A DNA stretch of 64,000 bases from Anaeramoeba ignava BMAN (lineage: Eukaryota; Protista; Anaeramoebae): the NCBI GenBank assembly GCA_028826165.1, contig JAPDFW010000085.1, positions 278,679-342,678 of the forward strand. The letters are read 5' to 3'. This document shows, piece by piece, positions 1 through 12,793 of the stretch; within the stretch, counting starts at the first letter, position 1, and each line of letters starts with the position of its first letter. A program made the translations under genes and the position numbers. The notes under the pieces were generated by a model. The model ran no database searches. It saw only the letters and a program-made list of their open reading frames with translations, and was not told the origin of the DNA.

Positions 1-1409
1 TGAAGATAAAAATGATAGAATAATTCAAGATATTGTTTCTGGTGCTTATTCAATTTATTTATTAACTTCAAATCAAAATGCTTATGGAATTGGTTTAAAT
101 GAACATGGTCAACTTGGTTTTGATTTTAAAAAACTTGAAAAAACAGAAAAACCAATTTTAATGATGAAAAATGTTTCTAAAATATTTTCAGGAAATACTT
201 CACTTTATGTTTTTCTTTTGAATTCAAATCAAGAATTATTTGGATCTGGATATAATCAATATGGCCAACTTGGATTAGAAGAATCAATAACAGAAAAAGA
301 AGAAATAAAAATCGATAAATTAACCAAAATCCAAAATATTCCAAAAGGCAAAATAATTGATATTCAATGTGGGTGGCTTCATTCAATAATGTTGATTGAA
401 AATGAAGATGAAAATGAAAATCTAAAAAGAAAACTTTATTCATGTGGAAAATATGGTTATAATGGACTTGGCAAAACTAAAGATACTTATGAATTTACTG
501 AAATCAAATCATCTTTATTTGAAAATGATGATATTCTTGATTTTTCTGTTGGAAATTCTCATACTTTGATTTTAACTTCCAATTCAAAATTAATAGTATT
601 TGGATATAATTTTTATAGTCAATTAGGAACTGGAGATATAAAAAACCATTTAATTCCAATTCAAATCGAACTTCCTAAATTAAGATTTAATGAAGATATT
701 TCCAATTATCATATTTATTGTGAAAATGAAAAATCATTTCTTTATTATTCTCCTCCTTCTTTTTCCAATCTTGAAGAAGATTTGATAAAATTATTTAAAA
801 GAAAAGAATTTTGTGATATTTCATTTAAAACCAAAAATGGAGAAATAATTAAAGCTCATAAATTAATATTGAAATATAGATTAAATCAAAATCAAAATCA
901 AAATCAAATTGAAAAACTTCAAGAAATTATTTCAAAAACATCAATTAAAGAATCAAATCAAATATTTGAAATGATTTATTCAAACAAAATAATAAATCCA
1001 AAATTATATTCAGAAATTAAAGAAATTATAAATTCCAATGAAAAAATTGAAGAAACAATGAAAAGAATTTATTTAAATGAAAATGAAAATGAAAAAGATT
1101 TTATTATTGAAAGAAAAGAAAAACAATATAAATTTCCAAAATTAATATTAATAATGAGAAGTGAATTATATCGAGGAATGTTTTTATCTGTAACTGAAGA
1201 TAAATCAAATAAAGTTACAGATTATAGTGAATTAAGTGAAGAATCATTTCAAATATTTGAATATTGGATTTATTCAAATCAAATTAAAGATGAAATTCAA
1301 ATTACACAAGAAATAATTAATGAAATTAGAAACTGGAATTGATTATTTTCAATTAAATCAAACAAATCCAAATTTATTTGATTTATTAATTAACAAATTT
1401 AATAATTAA
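1..1409 (+). CDS. RCC1-like propeller + BTB protein, copy 1 (5' end outside window; 1-nt frameshift near 1329)
   Basis: RCC1 motifs GYNQYGQLG, SVGNSHTLIL, QLGTG. BTB motifs FCDISF..AHKLIL and KLILIMRSELYRGMF. The conserved tail IDYFQLNQTNPNLFDLL continues in another frame to TAA at 1407-1409. Confidence 0.85.
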
Positions 1410-1710
1410 AATTAAAATTAAAATCAAAATTTAAAATTAAAATTAAAATCAAAATTTAAATTAAAAATTAAAAATTAAATTAAAATTAAAATTAAAATTA
1501 AAATTAAAATTAAAATTAAAATTAAAATTAAAATTAAAATTAAAATTAAAATTAAAATTAAAATTAAAATTAAAATTAAAATTAAAATTAAAATTAAAAT
1601 TAAAATCAAAATTTAAATCAAAATTAAAATCAAAATTCAAAATCAAATTTAAAATCAAAATCAAAATCAAAATTAAAATTAAAATCAAAATTAAAAATTC
1701 AAAAATTAAA
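1410..1710. repeat. (TAAAAT)n hexamer spacer between RCC1-BTB copies
   Basis: Direct reading. The same spacer type separates the right-hand copies (52322-52620, 55943-56205, 58011-58180, 59982-60235, 62030-62280). Confidence 0.95.
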
Positions 1711-1711
1711 A

Positions 1712-1758
1712 TTCATTTTTTTCATTTTTTTCATTTTTCATTTTTTTTCTTTTCAAAA
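1712..1758 (+). promoter_or_regulatory. Tandem TCATTTT initiator-like elements upstream of ATG (example of a window-wide motif)
   Basis: Four TCATTTT copies directly before AAAATG. The same motif precedes nearly all starts in the window on the coding strand. Confidence 0.6.
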
Positions 1759-3606
1759 ATGAATGATTGTTTATTTTTTGGTGAAAATCAATTTCCAATT
1801 CTTTTTGAAAATGAACCAAATAAAATAATAAAACCAATTCAATTTAAATTTGAAAAAGAAAATGAAAATGAAAATGAAAATGAAAATGAAAATGAAAATG
1901 AAAATGAAAATGAAAATGAAAATGAAAATGAAAATGAAAATGAAAATGAAAATGAAAAACAAATTAAACAAATTTCAACAGGAAATTATTCGACAATTTT
2001 CCTTTTTGAAAATGGAAAAGCAATAGAATATTTAAATGAAAATGATTCAAATCAAAATCTTTCAAAAATACAAATTGAAAATATTCAAAAAGTAACTGTT
2101 GGTTATCAAGATGAAGCTATTTTAACAAAAGAAGGAAATGTATTTGCAAAAGGAAAATATATTAATCCAGAAAATCCAAATCAATTTATCAATATTTCAT
2201 CATTAATTGAAGATAAAAATGATAGAATAATTGAAGATATTGTTTCTGGTGCTTATTCAATTTATTTATTAACTTCAAATCAAAATGCTTATGGAATTGG
2301 TTCAAATAATTATGGTCAACTTGGTTTTGATTCTAAAACACTTCAAAAAACAGAAAAACCAATTTTAATTATGAAAAATGTTTCTAAAATATTTTCAGGA
2401 AATTCTTCAATTTTTGTTTTTCTTTTAAATTCAAATCAAGAATTATTTGGATCTGGATGGAATGAACAACGTCAACTTGGATTAGGAGAATCAATAAAAG
2501 GAATAAAGATCGATAAATTAACCAAAATACAAAATATTCCAAAAGGTAAAATAATTGATATTCAATGTGGTGATGATAATTCAATAATGCTGATTGAAGA
2601 TGAAAATCAAAATCAAAATCCAAAAAGAAAACTTTATTCATGTGGAAAATATAGTTATAATGGACTTGGTAAAAATGAACATACTTATGAATTTACTGAA
2701 ATCAAATCATTTTTATTTGAAAATGATAATATTCTTGATTTTTCTGCTGGCAATTCTCATACTTTGATTTTAACATCCAATTCAAAATTGATAGTATTTG
2801 GATATAATTTTTATGGCCAATTAGGAACTGGAGATACAAAACACCATTTAATTCCAATTCAAATTGAACTTCCTAAATTAAGATTTAATGAAGAAATATT
2901 TCTAATTATCATATTTATTGTGAAAATGAAAAATCATTTCTTTATTATTCTCCTTCTTTTTCCAATCTTGAAGAAGATTTGATAAAACTATTTAGAAGAA
3001 AAGAATTTTGTAATATTTCATTTAAAACCAAAAATGGAGAAATAATTGAAGCTCATAAATTAATATTGAAATATAGATTAAATCAAAATCAAAATGAAAA
3101 TGAAAAACTTCAAGAAATTATTTCAAATAAATCAATTAAAGAATCAAATCAAATATTTGAAATGATTTATTCAAACAGAAAAATAAATCCAAAATTATAT
3201 TCTGAAATTAAAGAAATTATAAATTCAAATGAAAAAATTGAAGAAACAATGAAAAGAATTTATTTAAATGAAAATGAAAAAGATTTTATAATTGAAAGAA
3301 AAGAAAAACAATATAAATTCCCTAAATTAATATTAATAATGAGAAGTGAATTATATCGAGGAATGTTTTTATCTGTAACTGAAGATAAATCTAATAAAGT
3401 TACAGATTATAGTGAATTAAGTAATAAATCATTTCAAATATTTGAATATTGGATTTATTCAAATCAAATTAAAAGAAGAAATTCAAATTACACAAGAAAT
3501 AATTGAAGAAATTCAAATTGGAATTGATTATTTTCAATTAAATCAAACAAATCCAAATTTATTTGATTTATTAATTAATAAATTTAATAATCAAAATCAA
3601 AATTAA
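1759..3606 (+). CDS. RCC1-like propeller + BTB protein, copy 2 (frameshifts near 2893 and 3475)
   Basis: ORFs 1759-2982 and 2979-3506 are collinear with the intact copy at 50549. Contains an (EN)16 tract. Conserved tail ends at TAA 3604-3606. Confidence 0.85.
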
Positions 3607-3785
3607 AATTAAAATTGAAAAATTGTTTTAAAAAATTTGGAATTTTTATTGAATCAATGACTTAGAAAAAGAAAAAGAAAAAGAAATAGAAAAAGTATGA
3701 AAGAGAATTAAGAAAGGTGTGTTGATGCAATTCAAAAAAAAAAGGAAGTAAAAAAAAAGCAAAAAAAAAATTCCATTTTTGAAAA

Positions 3786-5901
3786 TTAATTATTTCTTCT
3801 TCCATGGAAACCTTTACCCATAAAACGCTTACCGAAACCCATCAAACCTGAACCTTGGTCTTTTCTTTCATCATCATCATCATCATAATAATCACCAAAA
3901 CCCATTTGCTGACCAGCAATTAATTCTCTTTGACGGGGATCCATTTTGTTGTTTTTCATTGATAATTTAACCAAATTTGTTGTATCTGTAATTTTTTTCT
4001 CAACTTCTTTTTTATGATCTTCATTTGCTTCAAACATTAAAACTGAAAATTTTGATTTTTCATCTAATGATTCAAGAAGTTGTTCCGTTAAATTGAACCA
4101 TTGTGTAAAAATATCAAGAACTCCCCCAAGTTCATCTGGTTTAACATCTCTTCCCATAACGTTTGATATGTCTAATCTTTTGTTTTTGTGATCTAATTTA
4201 GCTTCAATTAATCCTGAATAAATTGCTTCTATTATTAAATCTTCAAGTTCTCTTACTGATTGGATTTCTAATTCTTTTTGTAAATCTTCATATTTGACAA
4301 CCTTTTATTTAATAAAATTATTATTAAAATTATTATTAAATTTATTATTAAAATTATTATTAAAATTATTATTAAAATTATTATTAAAATTATTATTAAA
4401 ATTATTATTAAAATTATTATTAAAATTATTATTAAAATTATTATTAAAATTATTATTAAAATTATTATTAAAATTATTATTAAATTTATTATTAAAATTA
4501 TTATTAAATTTATTATTAAAATTATTATTAAAATAATTATTAAATTTATTATTAAATTTATTATTAAAATTATTATTAAAATTATTATTAAAATTATTAT
4601 TAAAATTTATTATTAAATTTATTATTAAATTTATTATTAAAATTATTATTAAAATTTATTATTAAAATTATTATTTAAAATTATTATTAAAATTATTATT
4701 AAAATTATTATTGAAATTATTATTAATATTAAAATTATTTATTAAAATTATTAATAAATTTATTAAAATTATTATTAAATTTATTATTAAATTATTATTA
4801 AAATTATTATTAAAATTATTAATAAAATTATTATTAAAATTATTATTAAAATTATTATTAAAATTATTATTAAAATTATTATTAAAATTATTATTAAAAT
4901 TTATTATTAAATTTATTATTAAAATTATTATTATTAAATTTATTATTAAATTTATTATTAAAATTATTATTAAAATTATTAATAAAATTTATTATTAAAT
5001 TTATTATTAAATTTATTATTAAAATTATTATTAAAATTATTATTATTAAATTTATTATTAAATTTATTATTAAAATTATTATTAAAATTATTATTAAAAT
5101 TATTATTAAATTTATTATTAAAATTATTATTAAAATTATTATTAAAATTATTATTAAAAATTATTATTAAAAATTATTATTAAAATTATTATTAAAATTA
5201 TTATTAAATTTATTATTAAAATTATTATTAAATTTATTATTAAAATTATTATTAAAATTATTATTAAAATTATTATTAAAATTTATTATTAAAATTATTA
5301 TTAAAATTATTATTAAAATTATTATTAAAATTATTATTAAAATTATTATTAAAATTATTATTAAAATTATTATTAAAATTATTATTAAAATTATTATTAA
5401 AATTTATTATTAAAATTATTATTAAAATTATTATTAAAATTATTATTAAAATTATTATTAAAATTATTATTAAAATTATTATTAAAATTATTATTAAAAT
5501 TATTATTAAAAAATTATTATTAAAATTATTATCTTTTAATTTGAGAAAAAAAAGCAATAAAATACTTTTGATTTATAAGTCATAGAAACAATAGTGAGCA
5601 TTTTAAGTTTTTTAAGTTGAGGTTCAGTTAATTTTGGAAGTTTTGAATTTTTTTTATAATCTTGATAAGTTCCATAAGCGAACAATTCAAGAAGTTGAAG
5701 ATAAGAAGCATCTTCAGTTGATTTAAGTGCTTGAATTTGAGGGAGATTGACTAATTCTCCAAATACAAATAATTCAGGTTCAGCACATGCTTTTTTGATA
5801 AGTTCTACACATGCTTTTCCTTTCGCTTGTTTTGATAATATCATAAATTTCTCAAGTGCTCTTCCTCCATTTGTTACTTCGGTTACTGTTTGTGATGACA
5901 T
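3786..5901 (-). CDS. CSN7: COP9 signalosome subunit 7 (PCI domain); exons 5901-5566, 4301-3786
   Basis: LFVFGEL..LP, LLELFAYGTYQDY, KLKMLTIVS, VRELEDLII.AIY, GRDV motifs. The GT..AG intron joins the exons in frame (TYKSK|VVKYEDL). Confidence 0.9.
4302..5565 (-). repeat. 1264-bp CSN7 intron filled with 12-mer (AATAATAATTTT)n
   Basis: GTATTT donor at 5565 and AAAG acceptor at 4302. Interior is almost pure 12-mer repeat. Confidence 0.9.
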
Positions 5902-6074
5902 TTTTGATAATTTGTAAAATAAAAAGGAAAAAAATGAAAAAAAAAATTTGAAAAAAAAAAATTAAAAAATTAATTAAAAAATTAAAAACAAATGAGAACT
6001 CAATTAAAAGGAGAAAAAAAAAATTTAAATAAAAAGGAGAAAAAAAAAACTTTTTCTTTTATTTTTCTTTTTTA

Positions 6075-6745
6075 AATAAATTTTTAAATAAATTCCAATT
6101 TAATTCTTATTCCACATTTTTAAATAAATTTAATTCCACATTTTTAAATAAATTTTAAATAAATTTCAATTTAATTCTTATTCCACATTTTTAAATAAAT
6201 TTTAAATCAATTCCAATTTAATTCTTAATTCCACATTTTAAATAATTCTTATTCCACATTTTTAAATAAATTCTTAAATCAATTTTTAAATCAATTTTTA
6301 AATAAATTTAATTCCACATTTTTAAATAAATTTAATTCCACATTTTTAAATAAATTTTAAAATCAATTTTTAAATAATTCTTAAATCAATTTTTAAATAA
6401 ATTTTTAAATAAATTTAATTCCACATTTTTAAATAAATTTTAAAATCAATTTTTAAATAAATTTCAATTTAATTCTTAAATCAAATTTTAAATAAATTTA
6501 ATTCCACATTTTTAAATAAATTTTGAAATCAATTTTTAAATAATTTTTAAATAAATTTTTAAATAAATTCCAATTTAATCCTTATTCCACATTTTAAATA
6601 ATTTTTAAATAATTCTTAAATCAATTTTTAAACAAATTTTTTAATTTAATTCTTATTCCACATTTTTAAATAAATTTTAAAATCAATTTTTAAATAATTC
6701 TTAAATCAATTTTTAAATAATTCTTAAATCAATTTTTAAATCAAT
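6075..6745. repeat. Degenerate minisatellite with 11 copies of TTCCACATTTT
   Basis: Motif at about 6110, 6134, 6181, 6229, 6252, 6312, 6336, 6419, 6502, 6585 and 6656, interleaved with TAAATAAATT/TAAATCAATT units. Confidence 0.85.
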
Positions 6746-6761
6746 TTTATTTTTATTTCTT

Positions 6762-8441
6762 TTAAAAACAAACAAAAAAATCTAAAACATTTAATCGTTT
6801 TCTTTTAAAAAATCTCTTAATATCCAAAAATGAAATAGAATCATCATAATCAGATAATTTCTCTTCATTTGAATTTGCATTATTTATATTTTCATTTTGC
6901 TTCAAAGAATCTTCAATAATAGTAGAAGGTAAAAAATCCCAAAATCTTATCCTATCAAACTCTTTAACCAAAAGAGGTTTTTCTGTGCTTAAATTTAGTG
7001 GCAAAAAAGAAGTTCCCCAATTAGTAAAACAACAAGATAAATCCTCATCAAAAAACAGATCAAAATTTCCAAAAATGGGCAAATTTGAATGTTGGAGAAA
7101 AGAACGAGAAGATATAGAATTTGGGAAATTATTCAACAATTTCCGATCTGGAAACAGTTTGCAACAGGAAATCAATTGAGGATCTGAAAGTAAAATGTGA
7201 TTTATTTGAGCAATATAAATCAAGGATTTCTCGCTTATAATAGGATTTTTTAAATAAGATTCTGGAGAATATACAAATAAAACATCTCCTAAATCTGTGA
7301 AAATAAACCCCCACCACTCTTTTTTGCTCATCATTCTTTGTCTCATTCCCAAGGGTGAATAAGATATATCTGATGTTTTGTAATGTGATATCAGAATATA
7401 ATTCAAAATTTCTTTTGCTGTTTTTTTCGGGAATTTTTTGTGGAAAAAACACTGAATTTGGATCATCATTTCAATTACAGATTCAAGTGTTTCCATCTTC
7501 TTTTTTTCTTCTTTAATAAAATTTTCTTCGTTTCTCATTCTAGTTGGAATTATCCAAAAGGTTTGATTATTGAGATTTCTTGGGGAAAAGGGCAAAAAAA
7601 ATTTCTTATTCAAATCATCCTGAATTGTTTGCATTTTTTTCGTTTTTCGTTTTGCTTTTTCTTCATCTTCATTTCCATAGATAATTTGGGATTGAAACCA
7701 TTTTGTAAATAAATTGACTTCGCTATCTTCCAGAAAGCCAAAACTTGCAACTATCCTGAAATCTTGTTCACTTAACAATCCATATCGAATAAGATTCTTG
7801 TATTTTGCAAATTGCTCCCTGATTTTTTTGGGAACAAAATAAAATCTTTCGCGAACCATCATTTGCGTTGTATATTTATGATTAAAAGCGAGCCAATTAT
7901 AAATGAACTTAAAGAAATCCATTTCATTTTCAATATAAACTAAATCACTGAAAACAATTCCTTCAAAATGTTGTTTTCCTAATTGATAAAGTTGGTTTTC
8001 ATAGTTTCGAAGAAGAAACGATATATTTTGCGAAATTAAAGTCATCATTTTTGCATATAAACCTTTTTGGCTATCAATCCAAGAGTTATTGATGAAATCC
8101 AATACATTTTCTCTTGATAAATTATCAAAAATAAATTCGTTAATCCAATCTAAAATTTGAATATTATTGATTTTTTTTGCTCCTTCAAGAATATCCAAAA
8201 TATTGTCCATCTTCAATTCAATTTCTCCTTTCATTGCATAATTCACAATTTCTTCTGCTGATTCTATTTCTTCTAGATCAACTTCTTCAACATTTATTTC
8301 GGGACAATTATGACTAACTAGAAAAATTGGACATTCAATTACTTTGTTTTCTTTAAGTTTAAATTTAATTGTTTTCCCTTCAAATTTTATGCCTTTTTCA
8401 ATATGAAATGTTTTTTGAATCCAATCAATTCCATAATCCAT
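6762..8441 (-). CDS. Divergent BTB-BACK protein with TLDc-like C-terminus
   Basis: IVNYAMKGEIEL..DNILDIL and DNLSRENVL (BTB/BACK), ENEMDFFKFIYNW, IRYGLLS. C-terminal PIFGNFDLFF...TNWGTSF resembles the TLDc end. Confidence 0.6.
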   Translation of the reverse strand: MDYGIDWIQKTFHIEKGIKFEGKTIKFKLKENKVIECPIFLVSHNCPEINVEEVDLEEIESAEEIVNYAMKGEIELKMDNILDILEGAKKINNIQILDWINEFIFDNLSRENVLDFINNSWIDSQKGLYAKMMTLISQNISFLLRNYENQLYQLGKQHFEGIVFSDLVYIENEMDFFKFIYNWLAFNHKYTTQMMVRERFYFVPKKIREQFAKYKNLIRYGLLSEQDFRIVASFGFLEDSEVNLFTKWFQSQIIYGNEDEEKAKRKTKKMQTIQDDLNKKFFLPFSPRNLNNQTFWIIPTRMRNEENFIKEEKKKMETLESVIEMMIQIQCFFHKKFPKKTAKEILNYILISHYKTSDISYSPLGMRQRMMSKKEWWGFIFTDLGDVLFVYSPESYLKNPIISEKSLIYIAQINHILLSDPQLISCCKLFPDRKLLNNFPNSISSRSFLQHSNLPIFGNFDLFFDEDLSCCFTNWGTSFLPLNLSTEKPLLVKEFDRIRFWDFLPSTIIEDSLKQNENINNANSNEEKLSDYDDSISFLDIKRFFKRKRLNVLDFFVCF

Positions 8442-8554
8442 TTTTAAACAAGAAGAAAACGGAAAAAAAAAAATGAAAAAAATAATTTTCTCCTTTTTTT
8501 ATTTTAATTTTTTTTTTCATTTTTCATTTTTTTTTCGTTTTTTTTTTTTGATTT

Positions 8555-10850
8555 ATGTCAACTGATAATAATTCTGATAATAATAATAATAACAATCAAT
8601 CTCTACAGAAAAATTTGAATGAAAAAAGTCATACAAATTTAGCTGAACCTCTTCTTAGTCATTCTTCTGATAATGAATTACAAATAATTGATATAGAAAA
8701 CCCACCAAACCAAAATCAACCACAAAAACGAATAGATAGAATTAATCTTGGAAATTCATTTAATATTAACGTTAGATGTATTACTGTTAATCCAAAAAAC
8801 AAATATAGAACAATTGAACTTCGCGATATAATTCGTGTAAATTTGCATCAATTTACCCATTTCAATTCAAACCAAAAATATAAATATAAATATAATTATA
8901 AATATAAATATAAATATAAATATAAATATAAATATAAATATAAATATAAAAATAAATATAAATATAAATATAAATATAAATATAAATATAAATATAAATA
9001 TAAATATAAATATAAATATAAATATAAATATAAATATAAATATAAATATAAATATAAATATAAATATAAATATAAATATAAATATAAATAATAAATATAA
9101 ATATAAATATAAATATAAATATAAATATAAAATATAAATATAAATATCAAAATATAATTATCAATATAAATATAAATATAAATATAATTATAAATAAAAA
9201 TAGAAAAAATATAAAATATAAATATAAAATATAAATATAAATATAAAAAAATATAAATAAAAATGAAATAAAAATAAAAATAATAAATATAAAATAAATG
9301 GAAACAAAAATATTTGAAAAATATAAATATAAATATAAAAACATAAATATAAATATAAATATAAATATAAATATAAATATAAACATGAAAAATATAATTA
9401 TAAATATAAAACATAAATATAAATATAAATATAAATATAAATATAATTATAATATAAATATAAATATAAATATAAATATAATTATAATTATAATTATAAT
9501 TATAATTATAAATATAAATATAAATATAAATATAAATATAAATATAAATATAATTATAATTATAAATATAAATATAAATATAAATATAATTATAATTATA
9601 ATTATAATTATATAAATATAAATATAAATATAAATATAAATATAAATATAATTATATAATTATAATTATAATTATAAAATATAAATATAAATAAACAAAA
9701 AAACATAAATATATTATAAATATAAATATAAATAAAAATATAAATATAAAACAAAGTTGATTATAAATGTTACAAAAACCAAACATAAACATAAACATAA
9801 ACATAAAATTTTATAAAATATAAATATATAAAATATAAATATAAATATAAATATAAATATAAATATAAATATAAATATAAACATAAATATAAATATAAAT
9901 ATAAATACAAATATAAATATAAACATAAATATAAAATAAACAAATATAAATATAAAAAAAAAAATAAAATATAAATATAAATATAAATATAAATATAAAT
10001 ATAAAATATAAATATAAATATAAATATAAATATAAATATAAAATAAATATAAAAATATAAAATATAAATATAAATATAAATATAAATATATAAATATAAA
10101 TATAAATATAAATATAAATATAAATATAAATATATAAATATAAATATAAATATAAATATAAATATAAATATAATATAAATATAAATATAAATATAAATAT
10201 AAATATAAATATAAATATAAATATAAATATAAATATAAATATAAATATAAATATAAATATTTAAAATATAAATATAAATATATAAAATATAAATATAAAT
10301 ATAAATATAAATATAAATATAAATATAAATATAAATATAAATATAAATATAAATATAAATCTAAATATAAATATAAATATAAATATAAATATAAATATAA
10401 ATATAAATCTAAATATAAATTTGAATACAGGTTTCTCCCGATGATGACATCAGTATAATTAGTCAAGAATTTATGGCTGCACATCCAGAGATTCAAACAA
10501 CGGGATATTTTGTATTACATCGAAGTTTACTTTTCAAAACAGGAACAATATCATCATGCCGAATTGAAGAAGGAGACGAAGTTGAACTATTTAATTCACA
10601 AGATCAACGAGCAAAATATTCAAACGAGGGATTTTCATGTATTTTTTGGTCATCACTTGCAGTTATGCTTGGTCTTATTCTGTTTATTACTTCATGGTCT
10701 TATGAATTCAATGAAAATATTAGTGCTCAAGGTACTTTGGCTATGATTGGCTTTGTTATACTCATTCCTTCAGTTATTATTCTTACTATTGGTATTTGTC
10801 AAACTAATCTTTGTGGTGAATCTTCTTTTAGTGGTGAATCTTGGTGTTAA
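8555..10850 (+). CDS. Ubiquitin-like domain protein with two C-terminal TM helices; exons 8555-8836, 10431-10850
   Basis: GTAAAT donor at 8837 and TACAG acceptor at 10430 join in frame. IRVSPDDDI...[16 protein letters not shown] has a UBL pattern, followed by two hydrophobic segments. Confidence 0.6.
8837..10430 (+). repeat. 1594-bp intron filled with (TAAATA)n and (TAATTA)n
   Basis: Direct reading, bounded by GT/AG. Confidence 0.9.
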
Positions 10851-11243
10851 TTGTTATTTTCTTCTTTTTACTTCTTTTTAATTCCCGTTTTTTTTTTATT
10901 TGCTTTTTTTTTATACATTCCACTTTTTTTTTTTGAATATTTTTTTAATTTTATTTTCTTTCTTTTTTTTTCCCAGTTTCTCTTTTTTTTTAGCTTTTTA
11001 AATACTTATTTTTGAATTAATTCCTTTTTTTTTTTCCTTTTCTAATTTTTTTCCATTCCACTTTTTTCTTTTTTACAAACAAAACACGTTTTTTTTATAA
11101 TTTTAATTCAAATTCAAATTCAAATTCAAATTCAAATTCAAAAATATTTTTTTTCCTTTTTTAAAAAATCATTTTTTTCCTTTCTTTTAGATTTTTTTTT
11201 ATAATTTCTTAAAAAAACAAAAACAAAAACAAAATAAAAGAAA

Positions 11244-11765
11244 ATGGGATTAAAATTTCATTTCAGATCAATGAATGAATTTATTGAAAGATTCAATTTA
11301 CCTCCATCATTAGAAGATGCTTATAAAAGACTAAAAATACATCTTGAATATTTTTCAGGAAATTATTTAATCATTTTATCAGTTACTTTTCTTCTTATCC
11401 TTTTTATGAAACCTGTTGCCATTTTCACACCAATTCTTCCTGTTATTTTTGCTTATTACACTCTTGTTATGCGTAAGGGTGAATATTTAGATGTTGCTGG
11501 AGTTCAACTTGGAAAAGTTCATTTCGTTTTAATTTCTTTTGGAAGTAAATTTTTATTTTGATTTTCTTTTAAATTTTCTTTTAAATTTTCTTTTAAATTT
11601 TTATTTTAATTTTTTATTTTAATAGGTTTTTTGTTAATGTTATTAATTTTCTCTAGTCTTCGTTTAACTTTTTTCATGATTATTGGTATGCTTGTTGTTT
11701 TGGGTCATGCTTCTTTTAGAAACCTTTCAAAAAAAGCAAGAATTGCAACTGGAATCAAATTTTAA
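11244..11765 (+). CDS. PRA1: Prenylated Rab acceptor 1 (PRA1) family protein; exons 11244-11544, 11626-11765
   Basis: RF..P...A.KRL..HLEYFSGNYL motif, hydrophobic hairpins and C-terminal VVLGHASFR. Intron 11545-11625 is GT-AG. Confidence 0.85.
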
Positions 11766-11989
11766 ATACTTTTTTTTTTCTTTCCTTTTTTAAAACACAA
11801 TTTCATTTTTCTTTTTTTTTTTAATTCAATTTTTTTTCTTTTTTCTTTACTTTCTTTAATTCTTAATCAAAAAACAAAAACACAATCAATATTTGATATT
11901 CTTTTTATTCTTTTAAAAAAAAAAAAAGATAAAATAGAATTTTAAATTTTCCTAAATAATTCAAAAAAGATCAAAAAATGATTCGAAAT

Positions 11990-12790
11990 TTTGATTTTCT
12001 TTCTTTTTATTTTGATTTTGATTTTGATTTTAATTTTAATTTTAATTTTAATTTTAATTTTCTTTCTTATTTTGATTTTGATTTTCATTTTAATTTTGAT
12101 TTTGATTTTGATTTTGATTTTGATTTTGATTTTGATTTTGATTTTGATTTTGATTTTGATTTTGATTTTGATTTTGATTTTCATTTTAATTTTGATTTTG
12201 ATTTTGATTTTGATTTTTGATTTTAATTTTAATTTTGATTTTGATTTTGATTTTGATTTTGATTTTGATTTTTATTTTGATTTTGATTTTAATTTTGATT
12301 TTCATTTTGATTTTGATTTTGATTTTGATTTTGATTTTGATTTTGATTTTGATTTTGATTTTCATTTTGATTTTGATTTTCTTTTTCATTTTCTCTTTTA
12401 TTTTCATTTAGATTTTGATTTTGATTTTGATTTTGATTTTGATTTTGATTTTGATTTTGATTTTGATTTTCATTTTGATTTTGATTTTTTTCATTTTCAT
12501 TTTCTTTCTTAGTTTCATTTTCTTTCTTATTTTGATTTTGATTTTGATTTTGATTTTGATTTTGATTTTCTTTCTTATTTTGATTTTGATTTTGATTTTG
12601 ATTTTAATTTTTAATTTTGATTTTGATTTTGATTTTGATTTTCATTTTCATTTTGATTTTGATTTTCATTTTGATTTTGATTTTCTTTCTCAGTTTCTTT
12701 CTTAGTTTCATTTTCTTATTTTGATTTTGATTTTCATTTTGATTTTGATTTTCATTTTGATTTTGATTTTCTTTCTCAGTTTCTTTCTTA
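11990..12790. repeat. (GATTTT/CATTTT/AATTTT)n hexamer tract at or after the USP 3' end
   Basis: On the minus strand it reads QN/EN units with interspersed TAA and indels, so coding status is uncertain. Confidence 0.8.
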
Positions 12791-12793
12791 GTT

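Noticed and set aside
6005-6042. AGGAG as a Shine-Dalgarno site
   Set aside because: There is no downstream start at proper spacing and the context is eukaryotic. Kept only as a candidate promoter motif.
6075-6745. DnaA-box array / bacterial oriC
   Set aside because: The motif is TTATTCCACA or AATTCCACA, not TTATCCACA, and the context is intron-containing eukaryotic genes.
11961-12790. TAA read as Gln (non-standard code), suggested by TAA within QN-frame repeats
   Set aside because: RPN2, Rab14 (CC-TAA), VAMP7 and PRA1 end in TAA at the expected positions, and conserved genes have no internal TAA/TAG.
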